A stretch of 64,000 nt of DNA from Felis catus (GCF_018350175.1 NC_058382.1:56980001-57044000), one strand, 5' to 3'. Shown: positions 1-12,482, counted from the first letter of the stretch. The notes: a model not told the origin generated them from the sequence alone. A program made the numbers and translations.

Positions 1-122
1 GGAGCCTGGAGCCTGTTTCCGATTCTGTGTCTCCCTCTCTCTCTGCCCCTCCCCCGCTCACGCTCTGTCTCTCTCTGTCCCAAAAAAAATAAATAAACGT
101 TGAAAAAAAATTAAAAAAAAAA
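1..122 (+). mobile_element. Young Can-SINE (SINEC_Fc type), 3' part cut by the window edge
   Basis: GGAGCCTGTTTCCGATTCTGTGTCTCCC, CT-rich stretch, AATAAATAAACGTTG, A tail. Confidence 0.9.
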
Positions 123-724
123 ATGTTTATTTTTGAGACAGAGCGTGAGCAGGGGAGGGGCAGAGAGAGAAGAGAGGGAGCCATGAAAATTTTCTTACTA
201 CTCAAGAATAACCGCTGTTAACTCTTAGGGAAGGGACGGTTCTAAATGTTTTTCCTCCTTGCATAAATGGACTTTTCATTTTTACCAAAATGGATTCTAC
301 CCTAGGTATGGTTTTTAAAGTTTAAACTATTGTTTCACTCAACAATAAATTGTGAACACTTTTGATATCTGTAAACATTTTTTTTTCCACCATTCTGTGA
401 AGGTATGAGGGCTTTCAGAGTGTGGATGTGCCATAATTTATTTAAGGGATCCCCTTTTGTTGGACATCTAGGTGGAAACAAGTAGATCACTGTTATAAGC
501 AGCAGGCAGTGAACACTCTCGAAACTCCTAGGCATATCTATCATTATTGCCTGAGGATAAGTTCGCAGATACTAAATGATTGGCAAGCCTTGATAAATGC
601 TGCCAACTTGGCCCTACGAAGATAGAAATTTAAAGCCCCACCAGCAGTGTGGGAGTAAGGCGCATTTTCCTGACTTCTTACCACTCCTGGGACCTGATGC
701 TATCATTTGAAAATGACAACTAAA

Positions 725-943
725 GGGGCGCCTCGGTGGCTCAGTCAGTCAAGCATCCGACTTCAGGTCATGATCTCACAGTTCGTGGGTTCGAGCCCCG
801 CATCAGGCTCTGTGCTGAACACTTGCTCAGAGCCTGGAGGCTGCTTTGGATTCTGTGTCTCATTCTCTCTCTCCCCCTTCCCCCCCACTCGCCGTGTGTC
901 TCACTCCGTCTCTCAAAAATAAATAAATGTAAAAAAATTTAAG
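725..943 (+). mobile_element. Can-SINE with TSD
   Basis: GGGGCGCC start, Pol III A and B boxes, A tail; TSD GAAAATGA(C/T)AACTAAA at 709-724 and 944-959. Confidence 0.92.
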
Positions 944-3900
944 GAAAATGATAACTAAAAATTCATCTTTGTTGATTTAGTCTGCATTTTTTTTTTAGTT
1001 ACTAGTGATTATTTATTGGCCGCTTATAATTGCCAATACAAACGCTTCACCCATGTTTAAAAATTGGGTCCGGTTTTCTTTTTCTGTGTCGTAGGGTCTT
1101 TCTGTGTTTTAAGGAGTGACCGTTAAACACTGTATATGGTACAAAATTTTTTTCCACTGACTTCAATATTATTTGATGGGTGCGAAAGGTAAAATGATTC
1201 GGTTTTGCTTGCCGTGTTCGTTCTGTGTGAGGGGTCCAGGCTGGGCCCGGGACCACCCCGGGAAGCCTTGGCCGGTCCGTGAGGCGAGGCCGCAGCTCGT
1301 GTGGCGTGTGCGGCCAGGCCACAGTCACTGTCCCTTAGCTCACCTAGTTCTCCTGCTATTCTCTGCATTCTACAGATGAAGAAATGGAGGTTCGGAGGGC
1401 ATCAGTAATTGTCCCAGGTCACTCAGGGACCGCTTCAGGATCTGAACCCTAGCAGGTGTCTCCAGGGCTATAACCTCACTGCCCAGAGTCGCTATAGCAG
1501 CAGATGATAGAACACGCTTCTGTTGTTGGAAACTCAGGTTCCAGATAACTGCACCTGTAGAAACCTGTACCGGTTAGAAATGCTTGGCACGTGTAAGCGC
1601 AAATCCAATTACAACTGCTTACACAAATAGGGGTTTTCATAAAGGGACATTTCATTACTGTTTCGCTTGACGTGTGAATAATGGGTTGTGTGTGAACGTA
1701 CCTGTCAGAACCTCGGTGCCCGTCCGATGGCGTCCGTGACCACGTGTGCTTCGTAGGTGTCAGAGCATCTTCTGGCCTGCTCCTGGATCGCGGCTGCAGG
1801 GAAGCGGCTGTGGCTGACCCAGCCCGTGAAGTCAAAGGCATGGTTGATAGTGGAAGGCGGGCCGGGGCCCCAGCTGACGGTGGTGCGGGCTCGGTGCCAG
1901 TGTCGGTGGGTGAGCCAGGGACACCCTCCAGGGCTGCGAGCAGTGGGAGTGGCTCCCGGGGACTGAGGAGCGTCACCACCCGGCTCTGGTCAACCAAGGT
2001 GCATATTCCTCCAAACCCAATGACCCTGCACGTGCAGATGCCTGAGCACCCTGGTGAGGTCAGGACCCACCCCCGCCACCCCCCTTATGAGGGCTTCACT
2101 CTCCGGCCTGCTCGGGAGAAAGACAGCAAGACTCTGAGAGGTGTCATCGGATGAAGCCTTTGCCTGGTGGCCGTTAGCATCTGGGGCAGGTGCGGGCAGA
2201 GGGCAAGAGCGAGGCGAGGGAGGGGCTCGGGCTCGGACCCGGGTGCTGGGCTGGGCTACAGCTGGGAGGCGAGGGCTTCCCTTTCCAAGCTGAGACGTGC
2301 CATGACTAGAATCTGGAACATGTCCAGGAAATTCTTAAAAAAGCAAAAACTATTGTTCTTTTAGGAGGCTAGTTAACAGGACTCTGAAATGCAATGAACG
2401 GCCCTAGATCGGGTCCGTCCTTTGGGGGAAATTGCCCCCCAGCACAGTACTGGATAGTGTCCATGGGTTATGACGACATAATAGGATTGCCTCTGTGAAG
2501 CCTTCTGAACTTGACCTTGTACTCTGAGTATGCAAGGGGAGGTCCTCGTTCTTAGGGGACACGAGCTGTTGTAGTGCAGGATAAGGGGTCATGATGCCTG
2601 CAACTCATCCTAACTTAGAGGGGGGGAGAAGGCTTCCTGAGAAAATGCCAGAAAGGTGACGTTATTTGTTAATGGTGTATGTTACCAAGTGATGAATCTT
2701 GGTGAGCCTCGTTGTCCTGTTTTGCAGCTTTTCTGTACGTTTGAAGTTTTCCCAAATTAAACTTTTTTAATTCTAGGTGTAACGTCTACGTGTGCTAACA
2801 AGTGACAACTGTCGAGGGGGGCAAGGGCAGGTTCCTGAGTCCTTCATGAATTCGCCCCAAGTGACAGGTGGCCTGTGGGGCCTCCCAGACCCCCCTGAAT
2901 GGGGACATGTCCTGATCGCTGGCTGTGCCATCAGCCCCAGTGCTCAGCTGTTGCCTCTCAGGGTCAACCTCAGCCAAGGTCAGGCCCTTCCTGGGCGGCC
3001 CGTGCTCAGTGACCCATCGACGCTGGTGTGTAAGGGCCCAGGCATCCTGGCCCAGTGGTGACAGCTCTGAGGGCCACGCAGCCCCCCACAGCTCTGGGGG
3101 ATCAGCCAAGGCTGCGTGACAGTTTCCCTCACCCCGTGGTGCTGACCCCGGGGCACTCCCAACAAACGTCTGTGCCCTCCAGAGTCGGCTTTCCCGTATG
3201 ACCTCCCTCACCCACCCAGCCGCCACCCCCACCCCTCGTCCTCCCCTGTAGACACACATCACACCATGGACATTTCTTTCTCTAAAGCAGTTTCATCTGA
3301 AATGTTTCCAGTGCACAGACACAAAGATAGTGAAGGATGACGGGCGCCCGTGGGCCCCTCCACAGCTTTGTCCCATCGTAGCCGGCTGTCACGTTTGCTC
3401 GGACTCTTCCCGTTCTGGAAGGAATGGAGAGTCACCCACGCTGGGCTGAGGCCTCCCGAGCACCTGCGTGCGTCACTTTCCGGCCCTCTCCCGCCATCCT
3501 TCCGTCAGCTTGGCGTGCTCCTTCGTGCGCGCGTGTCTATGCTCTGAAGACGTATTTATGCGCCTGATAGGTGGTCTCCTTTGGGGGTTTTAATCTCGAT
3601 ACAGATACCGTCATTCAGACCCCCTCACTCCACAGCCTGCTTTTCCGGCTCCACGTTGTTTCTGAAATGCATCCAAGTGCGTCCGTGTAGGTCTAGCCCC
3701 TTCCGTTGGCCTTGGGTTTCGTACGCCCCTGAATTTCATGCACCGCGTGGGTTTTATCCTTTGCCCCCTGGCGGGACGTTTAGGTGGTATCCACTTTTTC
3801 CTCGTCACAAACAATGCTATAGTTACCGGCACACCCCTGGAGCACCCTGGAATTGTCACCGAAGCGCATTTCCCTATCAGGGAAATAAATCTGGGACAGC

Positions 3901-4182
3901 GGGGCAGTGGGGGGGGGGGGGTTGTTCAGCAGGAAGCCACCTTGTGAATGTCCGACAAGGCTGGTGGCAGATCCCCACCCCCATTCCCTCCTCCACCTGT
4001 CGCTTCCTGTCCCCCAGCACCTGGGACAGCCACTTCCTGCAGGCAGGCTTGGCCACGGCCATGCTGGGTAGTGAAGAGTCCCAGACCGTAGGGCCTGACA
4101 CTGGGCATTTATTCCTCACTCATGTATCAGTGAAACCCAGGAAACGGGCTGGGTTTCCATCTACTTCGTGGGCCTTTTATTC

Positions 4183-4300
4183 TTTTTTTTTTTTTAAGTT
4201 TAATTTTTTTAGTAATCTCTATACCCAATGTAGGGCTCTCGAACTCACCACCCCAAGATCAAGAGCCGTGTGCTCTTCTGACTGAGCCAGCCAGGCGCCC
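4183..4300 (-). mobile_element. Short tRNA-derived SINE lacking the CT-rich region
   Basis: Poly-T, then ...GACTGAGCCAGCCAGGCGCCCC; GCCTTTTATTC on both flanks. Confidence 0.75.
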
Positions 4301-4760
4301 CTGCGCCTTTTATTCATGAAGGGTCAGTGGCTTTCCGGGACATGCTCTTCTCCGGGCACAAGTTGAGGCACAGGAGGCCAAGCCACATCCCGAGAGCTCG
4401 TGTAAAGGCTGGTCCCATGTGGGGTATGTTGTGTCCACTCATAGTGCATTGGCCAGAGCGAGTCACAAGGCTAAACCCAAGGTCCTTGAAGGGAATGGAT
4501 TCTACCCACCATGACATCTTGGCAAGGACAGGAGGCCAAAAAGGATCGCGCACAGCACAGGTGCTGACCTACCACTGGCTGTGTTTCTCCCCCCGCCGAA
4601 CACACCCTCTCAATCCCACGATCTCTTCACCTTCCTCCCCATTTAGCTCCCCCCGCCCCGCCGCCCATTCCTCCCCAGTGTTTCCAAAGCTGAAGTGGGT
4701 TGGGGAGTGATCAGCCAGGCAGGTGCACTGACCAATAAGGGAGTAAGGGCACCATTGGAA

Positions 4761-5395
4761 TGTAGTGTTAGAGTTCTCCAGAAAAACACAACCAGCAGCA
4801 GGCTGGGTGTGTGCCTGGCTGGGGGTGTGTGCCTGGCGGGTGGGGGGGGGGGTGCCTGCTGGAGGGGGGGGGTTGTGCCTGCTGGGGGTATATGCCTGGC
4901 TGTGTGTGTGTGCCTGGCTGGGGGTGTGTGTGTACCTGCCTGGGGGTTTGTGCCCGGCTGGGGGGGTGTGCCTGGCTGGGTGTGGGGGTGTGGGATTTAG
5001 CATGAGAGATGGGCTCGTGCGGTTATGGTGCTGAGAGGTCCCAGGAGCTGCCCTCCCAGGCTGGAGCCCAGAAACCTAGTGGTGTCAGGCATTCTGAGTC
5101 CAAAGGTGTAAGATCCGGGGGGGGGGCCGTGCCGTAAATCCCCCCAAGGAGGCAGGAGTGAAGTCCCAGCTCCCATCAGCGAGGCAAGAAGACGAGGCCG
5201 ATCCTTCCCCTACCTTTGGTTCTCCTCAGGCCCTCCGCAGATGAGACGGTGCCCACCCACACCGGGGACGGCAGGCTACCAAGTCTGTGGATTCGGACGC
5301 TGAGCTCATCCTGGGCCACCCTCACAGACACACCCAGAGACGACGTGCGGGCACCCCACAGCCAGTCAGGTGGACCCCTAAAATGAACCATCACA
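4761..5395 (-). mobile_element. MLT2-type (ERVL) solo LTR containing a G-rich minisatellite
   Basis: TGTAGTGTTAGAGTTCTCCAGAAAAACAC start and ...CACCCTCACAGACACACCCAGA...AAAATGAACCATCACA end match the recalled MLT2 consensus. Confidence 0.7.
4801..4995. repeat. Degenerate ~18-bp minisatellite (GGGGGTGTGTGCCTGGCT)n
   Basis: About 9-10 imperfect copies visible directly. Confidence 0.85.
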
Positions 5396-6683
5396 TATTT
5401 GAATGGAGCTGGCGTTCTGCAGAACGTGGAAGTCCAAACTGTCACGAAGCCACCGGCTCCCGTGCTCCCGGAGCCACGACAGGTGCGTGGTGCTCGCAGG
5501 GGACATCATTTAGCTTGTTAATGAGGAAGACTGGCCAGCTCACGCTCAGGGGCTGTGGTTTGTTTAATTACACACCAAGAGAACAGGATAGAAATCGATA
5601 CTCCATCCCATTCTCAAAAGCCAGCGCCACCCAGATTCTGTGGGTCATTCGCGCTTTGGATTAACATGTCCCCAAATGGTAAGGCAAACAGCCGGCCGTC
5701 AGCGTCCTCTGGCCTCTTCATCTCGTGCTGGCCGGGAAAACGGAAGCCATCAGCCGTGTTCTTCAGGGTTAGGAAATCGATAACGGGCCAGTTGTCGATA
5801 GACACACGCTGCGAAGCAGACCAAAAATTACACGAGGCCTTTAGGAGAATGATTGCTGTGTTCTTTAGTGCACCAGCCGTACAATTCCAGCTTTCAATTC
5901 CCTGTAACATATTCACCAAGATTTATGGGGCTTTTGTAATGCCTAATTGGGATTGGTAACAAGGCCCTCGCTTTCGGTCCGTGGCATGTTTGAAGCATTC
6001 ATCAAATCTAGGAGAGGAAAGAAGAAATAAAATCACACCCAGTCTTAGAAATTATATGGAAAGGACCTCGGGGTAATCGGAGGCTACCTGATACTCTGAC
6101 ATGTCTCTCTTCTCACACATTATCTCCGTCCCCACCCCCACCCCCACGGTCTGTGGAACCGAGGCTCAGAAGAGGTGATCTGCCTTGACCCGAGTCGCTC
6201 AGCTGAACAGTGGTGGAAGTGAGATTCAAGAGGAAGGCTAAGTAGCAAGACCCCTCCCCTTCCACCGAGCTGCATCCCAGGGTTTCTCAGTGCCCGGATG
6301 TTGTAGCGGTGTCGGCAAGATGCCTACAGGGTGTGTGGCAGGGGGTGGGGGGGGGGGAGCAATGAGAACGAGGAGGGCCGGAGGCAGGGTACTCAGCAAC
6401 AGTATGATTCACAAGTCAAGAGTAACTGCCTCTCCAGCAGGACCGTCCCCTCCCTGCGTCTGGACGCAATACCTTGCTTAATATAGCCAATGGGTTGCAT
6501 TGACTTTGCTGGTCCCAGGATTCTTCACGCGAATTTCTCTTAAGCTAGGTCTCCTTTGTCGTGTATTTGTGGGGATTGGGGAGGACAGGGTAATAACCGC
6601 ATTCTTAGCATTCACTCGCATCTGAGTTACTCTAGCTTTTCCCAACCATCCTTTCAACCTGTTAAGAGTTTTTTCAAATCTTC

Positions 6684-6885
6684 GGGCGCCTGGAGGGCTC
6701 GGGGTTAAGCTGCCGACTCGTGATTTCGGCTCAGGTCGTGATCTCAGGCTTCGTGGGCGCGAGCCCCACATTGGCCTCTGTGCTGACAGTGCAGAGCCTG
6801 CTTGGGATTCTCTCTCTCCCGCCCCCCTCTGTTCCTCCCCCACTGGTGCTCTCCCTCCCTCTCAAAATAAATAAACTTAAAAAAA
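6684..6885 (+). mobile_element. Can-SINE
   Basis: GGGCGCCTGG...GGCTCAGGTCGTGATCTC...CTCAAAATAAATAAAC. Confidence 0.88.
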
Positions 6886-7529
6886 TTTTTTTGTTAAGAT
6901 TTTTAAATCTTAATTCTGTCCTCCAGTGTGAAGATGTTGTCCTCGCCTCCAAATCTGATCAACATGTCTTCTGTTTCACGGGAGATGAGCAGACAGAGGA
7001 AAACGAACCATCAGGATCACCTTCGGTGCGACGCACCCGCCCTCAGCCCCGAGGTGCAAAGACCTTCCCAAGTTCTTTTAACTCCATCCAGCACCTTCTG
7101 TTAAGCCAGTGGTGGGGCAAAGCTCCTGTCCATCTGCATATCCAAGACCCTCCCTCTGGCCTGCGTTATAGTTCTGGGTGGGAAGCCCCGTGCAGGCAGG
7201 GGCTACGTCAGGTGTGGCCCACACCAGGGTCCCCAGCCCCCAGCCTGTGCAAGTGCGGGGGGATCGAGGGCAAGACGGTTGCCGCCGCATAGTGACTCCT
7301 CCAGCTACACCCAGGCGTCCCCTCCCAGCAGGTTAGCGTCTGTAGGAGCAGCCAGTCCAATGGGGGGCACGTCTGGAAGCCGGGGGTGGGGCGATTCTGG
7401 TGGTCACAATGCCTGGTGTGGCCTGGGGGGGAGGGGAGGCTAGATGTCCTGCAGGGGCCGTCAATCAAGAAGGGCCCCTGTTTATTCACGCACAAAACTT
7501 TGAACTCCGAGAAGCCTAGAGGAGGGGGG

Positions 7530-7820
7530 TCTGAAATGGGGAGAGGTTAGTCGTCAGTGCAAACTTTCAGGTGGAAGAGGACGAAGTTCTGGGGAACGTG
7601 ATGCGCAGCGTGGAGGCTGTGGCTCGTGACCCGCAATTGTATTCCTTGCATTCGCTGAGAGTGGATTTCGTGGGCTCTCACCACGCGCACACGCGCCAAG
7701 GAGACTTGCAATAAATGTTAATTAGCTTGATGGGGGCAATCATTTCACGACGTAGGTGCGTATCAGGGCGTAACGTCGTGCACCTTAAGTGTGTGTGGTT
7801 TGTGTCGGTCACCCCGCAAT
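7530..7820 (+). mobile_element. Old L1 3'-end fragment
   Basis: AAATGGGGAGAGGTTAGTC...GTTAATTAGCTTGATGGGGGCAATCATTTCAC resembles the L1M 3' UTR. Confidence 0.65.
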
Positions 7821-8161
7821 GAAGACGAACAAAAGTCCCTGCTCTTCCAGACCTTCTGGTGGCTTCTGGTAAACTCAAGGCGTCTTCTGTCGTTTCAGTA
7901 TGCATAGCACATTCTAGTTGTCACTCTCATGTGACCGAGCACAACAGTGAGCAATAAAGAAGCAGCTGGGGCTCCAAGGAGCTTCCGGTCCGGTTAAGGA
8001 ACTGAGTAGTGAGTGCAGAAGAGGAACTCTGGCCTCTCCCAGGGGAAGGGAAGTGGGGACAGACCAGGAGGAGGAGGAGGCCGAGTTAACCAGGGAAAGG
8101 GGGAAGGGCAGAGCGAACCGGGCAGGGCAAACAGCAGGTGTAAAGGCCCTGTGGCAAGTAG

Positions 8162-8603
8162 TGATGTGGGAAACAAAGGTGGAAGGAAATGACAGATAAA
8201 ATTCAATTTCCTTATATCCTGCAGCCCATTGGCAACTCCTTGAGGCTGGCAGAGTTTAGCGGCTCTCCAGGAGCCCCTTACTGTCTCAGTGCTCATGCGT
8301 CCCTAGAGGGAAACACCACCTTAGCCTGACAGTAGCTCCTAGGCCTCCACTCTCTTGGGAATCTCCTTTAGCAGATGAAAATCTCACTGGAAATTTCCCC
8401 TCGACTTTATGTACCTGCCCCCACTCCCAAGTATATAACCAGTGTCTCTTCGTGGTCCTGAGGCAGCTCTTTCTGCCCCCGGGTCCTGTCCCTGTGCTTT
8501 AATAAAATTACCTTTTTGCACCGAAGATTTCTTCAGTAATTCTTTCTTGGCTGTCGGCCCCAGACCCCACAAACCCCACTATGACCCCAAAAAAACCTCA
8601 TCA
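8162..8603 (+). mobile_element. ERV1-type solo LTR (442 bp)
   Basis: Terminal inverted repeats TGATG...CATCA; 4-bp TSD GTAG at 8158-8161 and 8604-8607; TATA-like TATATAA near 8432; AATAAA at 8501. Confidence 0.85.
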
Positions 8604-8929
8604 GTAGGACAAGACATTTCCCTTGCACAGAAGCGTAAGCCCACTACACAACCCACAAATGTTAGGGTCATTGACACGAAGTCAGCAGATAGTATGAAGA
8701 CCAGTGTGGTCTTTCCATTTAGAGGCAGTTCTCAGGTCGCCTTCCACAGTCTGCTGCTTTCCTGCCCCAAGGAATCACTTCCTTTCTTTGGGCCTCAGTT
8801 TCCGAAAAGGAAAACGCGAGCATTGGATCCGCTGATCAGGAAGGCCTTTCCTGTAATGGCAAATAGAACCTCATTGCCTCTAGGGACGGGAGACAGGCCA
8901 ATCTGTGCCTCGATCAAGTGTAAACACAG

Positions 8930-9290
8930 CTTTTTTTTCAAGTTTGTTTCTTTTGAGAGAGAGAGAGTGAGAGAGAGAATCTCTTTTGGGGGGTTTATTT
9001 TCTTTTTTTTCCATTTTTTTTTAATATAATTTATTGTCAGACTGGCTTACATGCAACGCCCAGTGCTCATCCCAACAAATGCCCTCCTCCATGCCCATCA
9101 CCCACTTTCCCCTCTCCCCCCATCAACCCTCAGTTTGTTCTCTGTACTGAGGAGTGAGAGAGTTTCGAGCAGGCTCCAGGCTCAGCAAAGACTCCTACTT
9201 GGGGCTCGATGTGGCGACTGTGAGACCCTGACCTGAGCCAACAGCAAGAGTGAAAGTCAAGACGCTCAACCACCTGAACCACCCAGGAGT
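8930..9290 (-). mobile_element. Older Can-SINE interrupted by a short feline L1 3'-end insertion (about 8976-9151, minus strand)
   Basis: L1 terminus AATTTATTGTCA...CCCAGTGCTCATCCCAACAAATGCCCTCC; GAGTGAGAGAG duplicated at 8965-8975 and 9152-9162. Confidence 0.75.
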
Positions 9291-9989
9291 AAGCACACCT
9301 TTTAAAGACCCCGATTTTAACACAAATTAAATGGCTCAACCTCAGACACAGCTGGGTATTTTGAAAGGGAACTGACCACTCGAGGTGGAGAGAGACCCCG
9401 GGGAAGGGGTACAGCCAGCACTAAGGCCTCGCTGCTCAAGGTTAACGTCAGGGCTTTGGAGGAGGGAGGCCGTCATCCTTTTCCTCTTCCCTCCAAGGAA
9501 ACTGAACAAACATGAAGGAAGGAGGGAAGGCTCTGGGGGTTCTCTGCGCCACCCCACCGGCTTTCAGCCGCTCCCCATTACAGACCTAATCATAAAGAGA
9601 ATGCCTTTCTGGAATCTGCATTAATTACCATCATCGGAGAGACATTATCTATATTTACATAATAGCTTCCCAGGTTTTGCTGGTTCCAAGTCAAGCTAAC
9701 AAATTTGTCGCTATTAAGGAACACAAATTGCTCTGGTATGTTTTAAATTCTGCAAATGGAAAACTTTGTTTAGAGAGGAGGCTGGAACCCAGAGCAATTA
9801 GTGTCTGATAATTCGTTAATGTTGGAGACACACAAAATTCGGTTTCAAACGTCTGCCTTAATATCGTAAGTGAAAAAAGAAAGGCATATGAAGAAACGAT
9901 AATCAGTTTAGGCATATTAATATGATAGCATTTTCTTTTTTTTTTTTTTTTCTTTACAAAATGCGAAAGGCTCCTTGCTAGGTCTTTTC

Positions 9990-10222
9990 TTTTTTTTTTT
10001 TTTTTTTAATTTTTTTTTTCAACGTTTATTTATTTTTGGGACAGAGAGAGACAGAGCATGAACAGGGGAGGGGCAGAGAGAGAGGGAGACACAGAATCGG
10101 AAACAGGCTCCAGGCTCCGAGCCATCAGCCCAGAGCCCGATGCGGGGCTCGAACTCACGGACCGCGAGATCGTGACCTGGCTGAAGTCGGACGCTTAACC
10201 GACTACGCCACCCAGGCGCCCC
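9990..10222 (-). mobile_element. Young SINEC_Fc-type SINE
   Basis: Near-identical to the other young copies; perfect TSD GCTAGGTCTTTTC at 9977-9989 and 10223-10235. Confidence 0.95.
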
Positions 10223-10974
10223 GCTAGGTCTTTTCAAGGGACAGCTGAAGCCCACATCCTTGTTTTTACCACTTAATTGCCCAGTCTTGGATGCCCGTGA
10301 CCGTGACCAGCTGATCACAGTTTGCGGACAGAAGGGAGTGGGAAGGTCAGCTGCATCGGGAAGGAGGAGGGGTCAGGGGTTGAAAGAAACCTGGCTGGGA
10401 ATGCATCTGGGGAAGGCTGATGGCAGGGTCCCCCTCCCCCAGTGCACCTGTCCTGGTGACGTCATCATAGGCCACGGTCTGGGCTCGCGCAAGCTCCCAG
10501 GCGTAATTTTATCAAAACGCGTGGGAACTCACGGCAACTCGGTTCAGAGAGGCTGGCGTGGATTGGGCAACACTTTGCTGATCTCTGCCCAGAACCTTCT
10601 CCCGCTCTGGAAAGAGCCACACCTCTTCGCCCAGGGCAGTGCTTCCTTTTGGAGCCAGCTTCCGACCCACCACTCAATACCTCCCCCCCCACCCCCGCAC
10701 CTGCAGCTAACTCCGCCCCAGGCCCTGTTTGTGTGTGGCTGCCCCGCTGTGACCTAGGCCGGGTGGCTCCCCTGTGGTGCCCAGCAGGGGTCGAGGTACA
10801 GGAGCAAAGTCCCCCGGAGAGCAGGCCCCTGCTGAGAGGGGCAGACCGAGGTTGGATTCCTGCTCCAGGCCCGGAGGCCTGCCCTTTCCAAGGTTTGATA
10901 CTATCAGCTAATGAGCTGTTCTTTTGCCTGACTTGTTTGCGTGCGATTTCTGTGTTGTGTAACCGAGAAAATTC

Positions 10975-11156
10975 AGGTACAATTCAGGATGCACGGCTAA
11001 ATTTGAATTTCAGATAACGGATGATTTTGTAGGATGAGTTTGTGCCAAATATTGCATGAGACATACTAATCCAAAAAAAAAAAAAAATGGTCGTTCATCT
11101 GAAATTCAAATTCAATTACGCATCCCGTAGTTTGGTTCACTAAATCTGGCAACCTG
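10975..11156. mobile_element. MER53-like palindromic MITE
   Basis: Perfect 16-bp inverted arms AATTTGAATTTCAGAT (11000-11015) and ATCTGAAATTCAAATT (11097-11112); end AAATCTGGCAACC. Confidence 0.8.
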
Positions 11157-12482
11157 AGTTTAGGAGCAAGGCAGGCCTGTGTTCGCCTCTCCGCTCATCA
11201 CTGACCGTGTGGCGTTTGCAGTTTCCAGGTCTGACTTCTTGGGCTGTATTTCCAGGCTCCAGCGCAAATGGTCTGGGCAGTGGAGATGCTGGCAGTGAAT
11301 GGGGAGGGAGGGGAGCCAGCATTTCTGGCCCCATCTCTGGCCGTGGCTGCCTTTTCTCCAGGGCCCCAGCTTCCGCTGGAAAAGCCGTGTCCTGATTTTT
11401 AGACCCTAGATCAGTTTATTGGTCTAGGCATCCCTCTAATGGAAGTCCTACACTATGTGCTCTTGGGATCTGGCCTCCTTCACTCAGCGGAATGTGTTTG
11501 AGATTCATCTGTGTTGTTGTGTTTATCAGTAGCTCACTCCTTCGTCCCCCAGCTTTAGCCAGATCCAATTGACAGATAACACTGTGTAAATTTAAGATGT
11601 GCCCCTGTTGATTGGATACACTTGCATTTTGCAAACTAAGTAACACTGACCAGAGCATTCGGCAACAACTGCGTCAGGTCACATGACTACCCCTCCTTTC
11701 TCACGGGGAGGACAGTTAAGAACTACTCTCAGCAACTTTCAAGTATATACTACAGTGTTAGGAACTAAAATCCCCATGCTGTACATCAGATGCCCAGAAC
11801 TCACTCCTCTTAGAGCTAGAAGTCTGTGATCTTGACCGACGTCTCCCCCTTTCCCACAGCCCCCTGGTAGCCGTCTTTTACGTCTGTGTTTCTGTGACCT
11901 TGGCTTTTGTAGATTCCGCGTATATGACATCATACAGTATTTGTCTTTCTGCGTCTGGTTTATTCCACTTAGCGTAATATCCCCATGGTTCGACCTTGTT
12001 GTTGCAAATGGCAGGATTTCCTTCTTTCTCGTGGCTGTATAATAATAGCCCATTGGATACAATATGTATGCCATGTCTTCTTTCTCCATCCACCCATTGG
12101 TGGACATTTAGGTTGTTTCTTTGTGTCCACTACGAATCACGCTGCAATAAACATGGGAACGCCCACGTCTTTTCAAGATCCTGTTTTAGGTCTCTGGCCA
12201 CACCCCTCTGAATGTGCCCAATCTCTGCCTGGATCTCACAAGATCCTGTTTCCATCTCCTTTGGATGCAGACCCCGAAGTGGAAGTGCCCGACCATATGG
12301 CATTTCTATTTCTAATTTTTTGAGGAACGTGCATTCTGTTTCCCACAGCGGCCTCACTGGTTTACATTCCCACCAGTAGGGCACACGGTTCCCTTCTCTC
12401 CACACCCTCGCCAACACTTGTTACCTCTTGTTCTTTCGATGGTGGCCATTCTAACAGGCATGAGGGGCTAGCTCATTGTGGG

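Noticed and set aside
725..800. tRNA-like A/B-box sequences here and at every SINE head
   Set aside because: They are Can-SINE heads followed by CT-rich bodies, A tails and TSDs, not tRNA genes
3581..4285. 234-aa ORF
   Set aside because: Runs through L1 remnants and a SINE tail; no domain or splice support
8442..9029. 195-aa ORF
   Set aside because: Spans an LTR, spacer and SINE/L1 tails; not gag, pol or env-like
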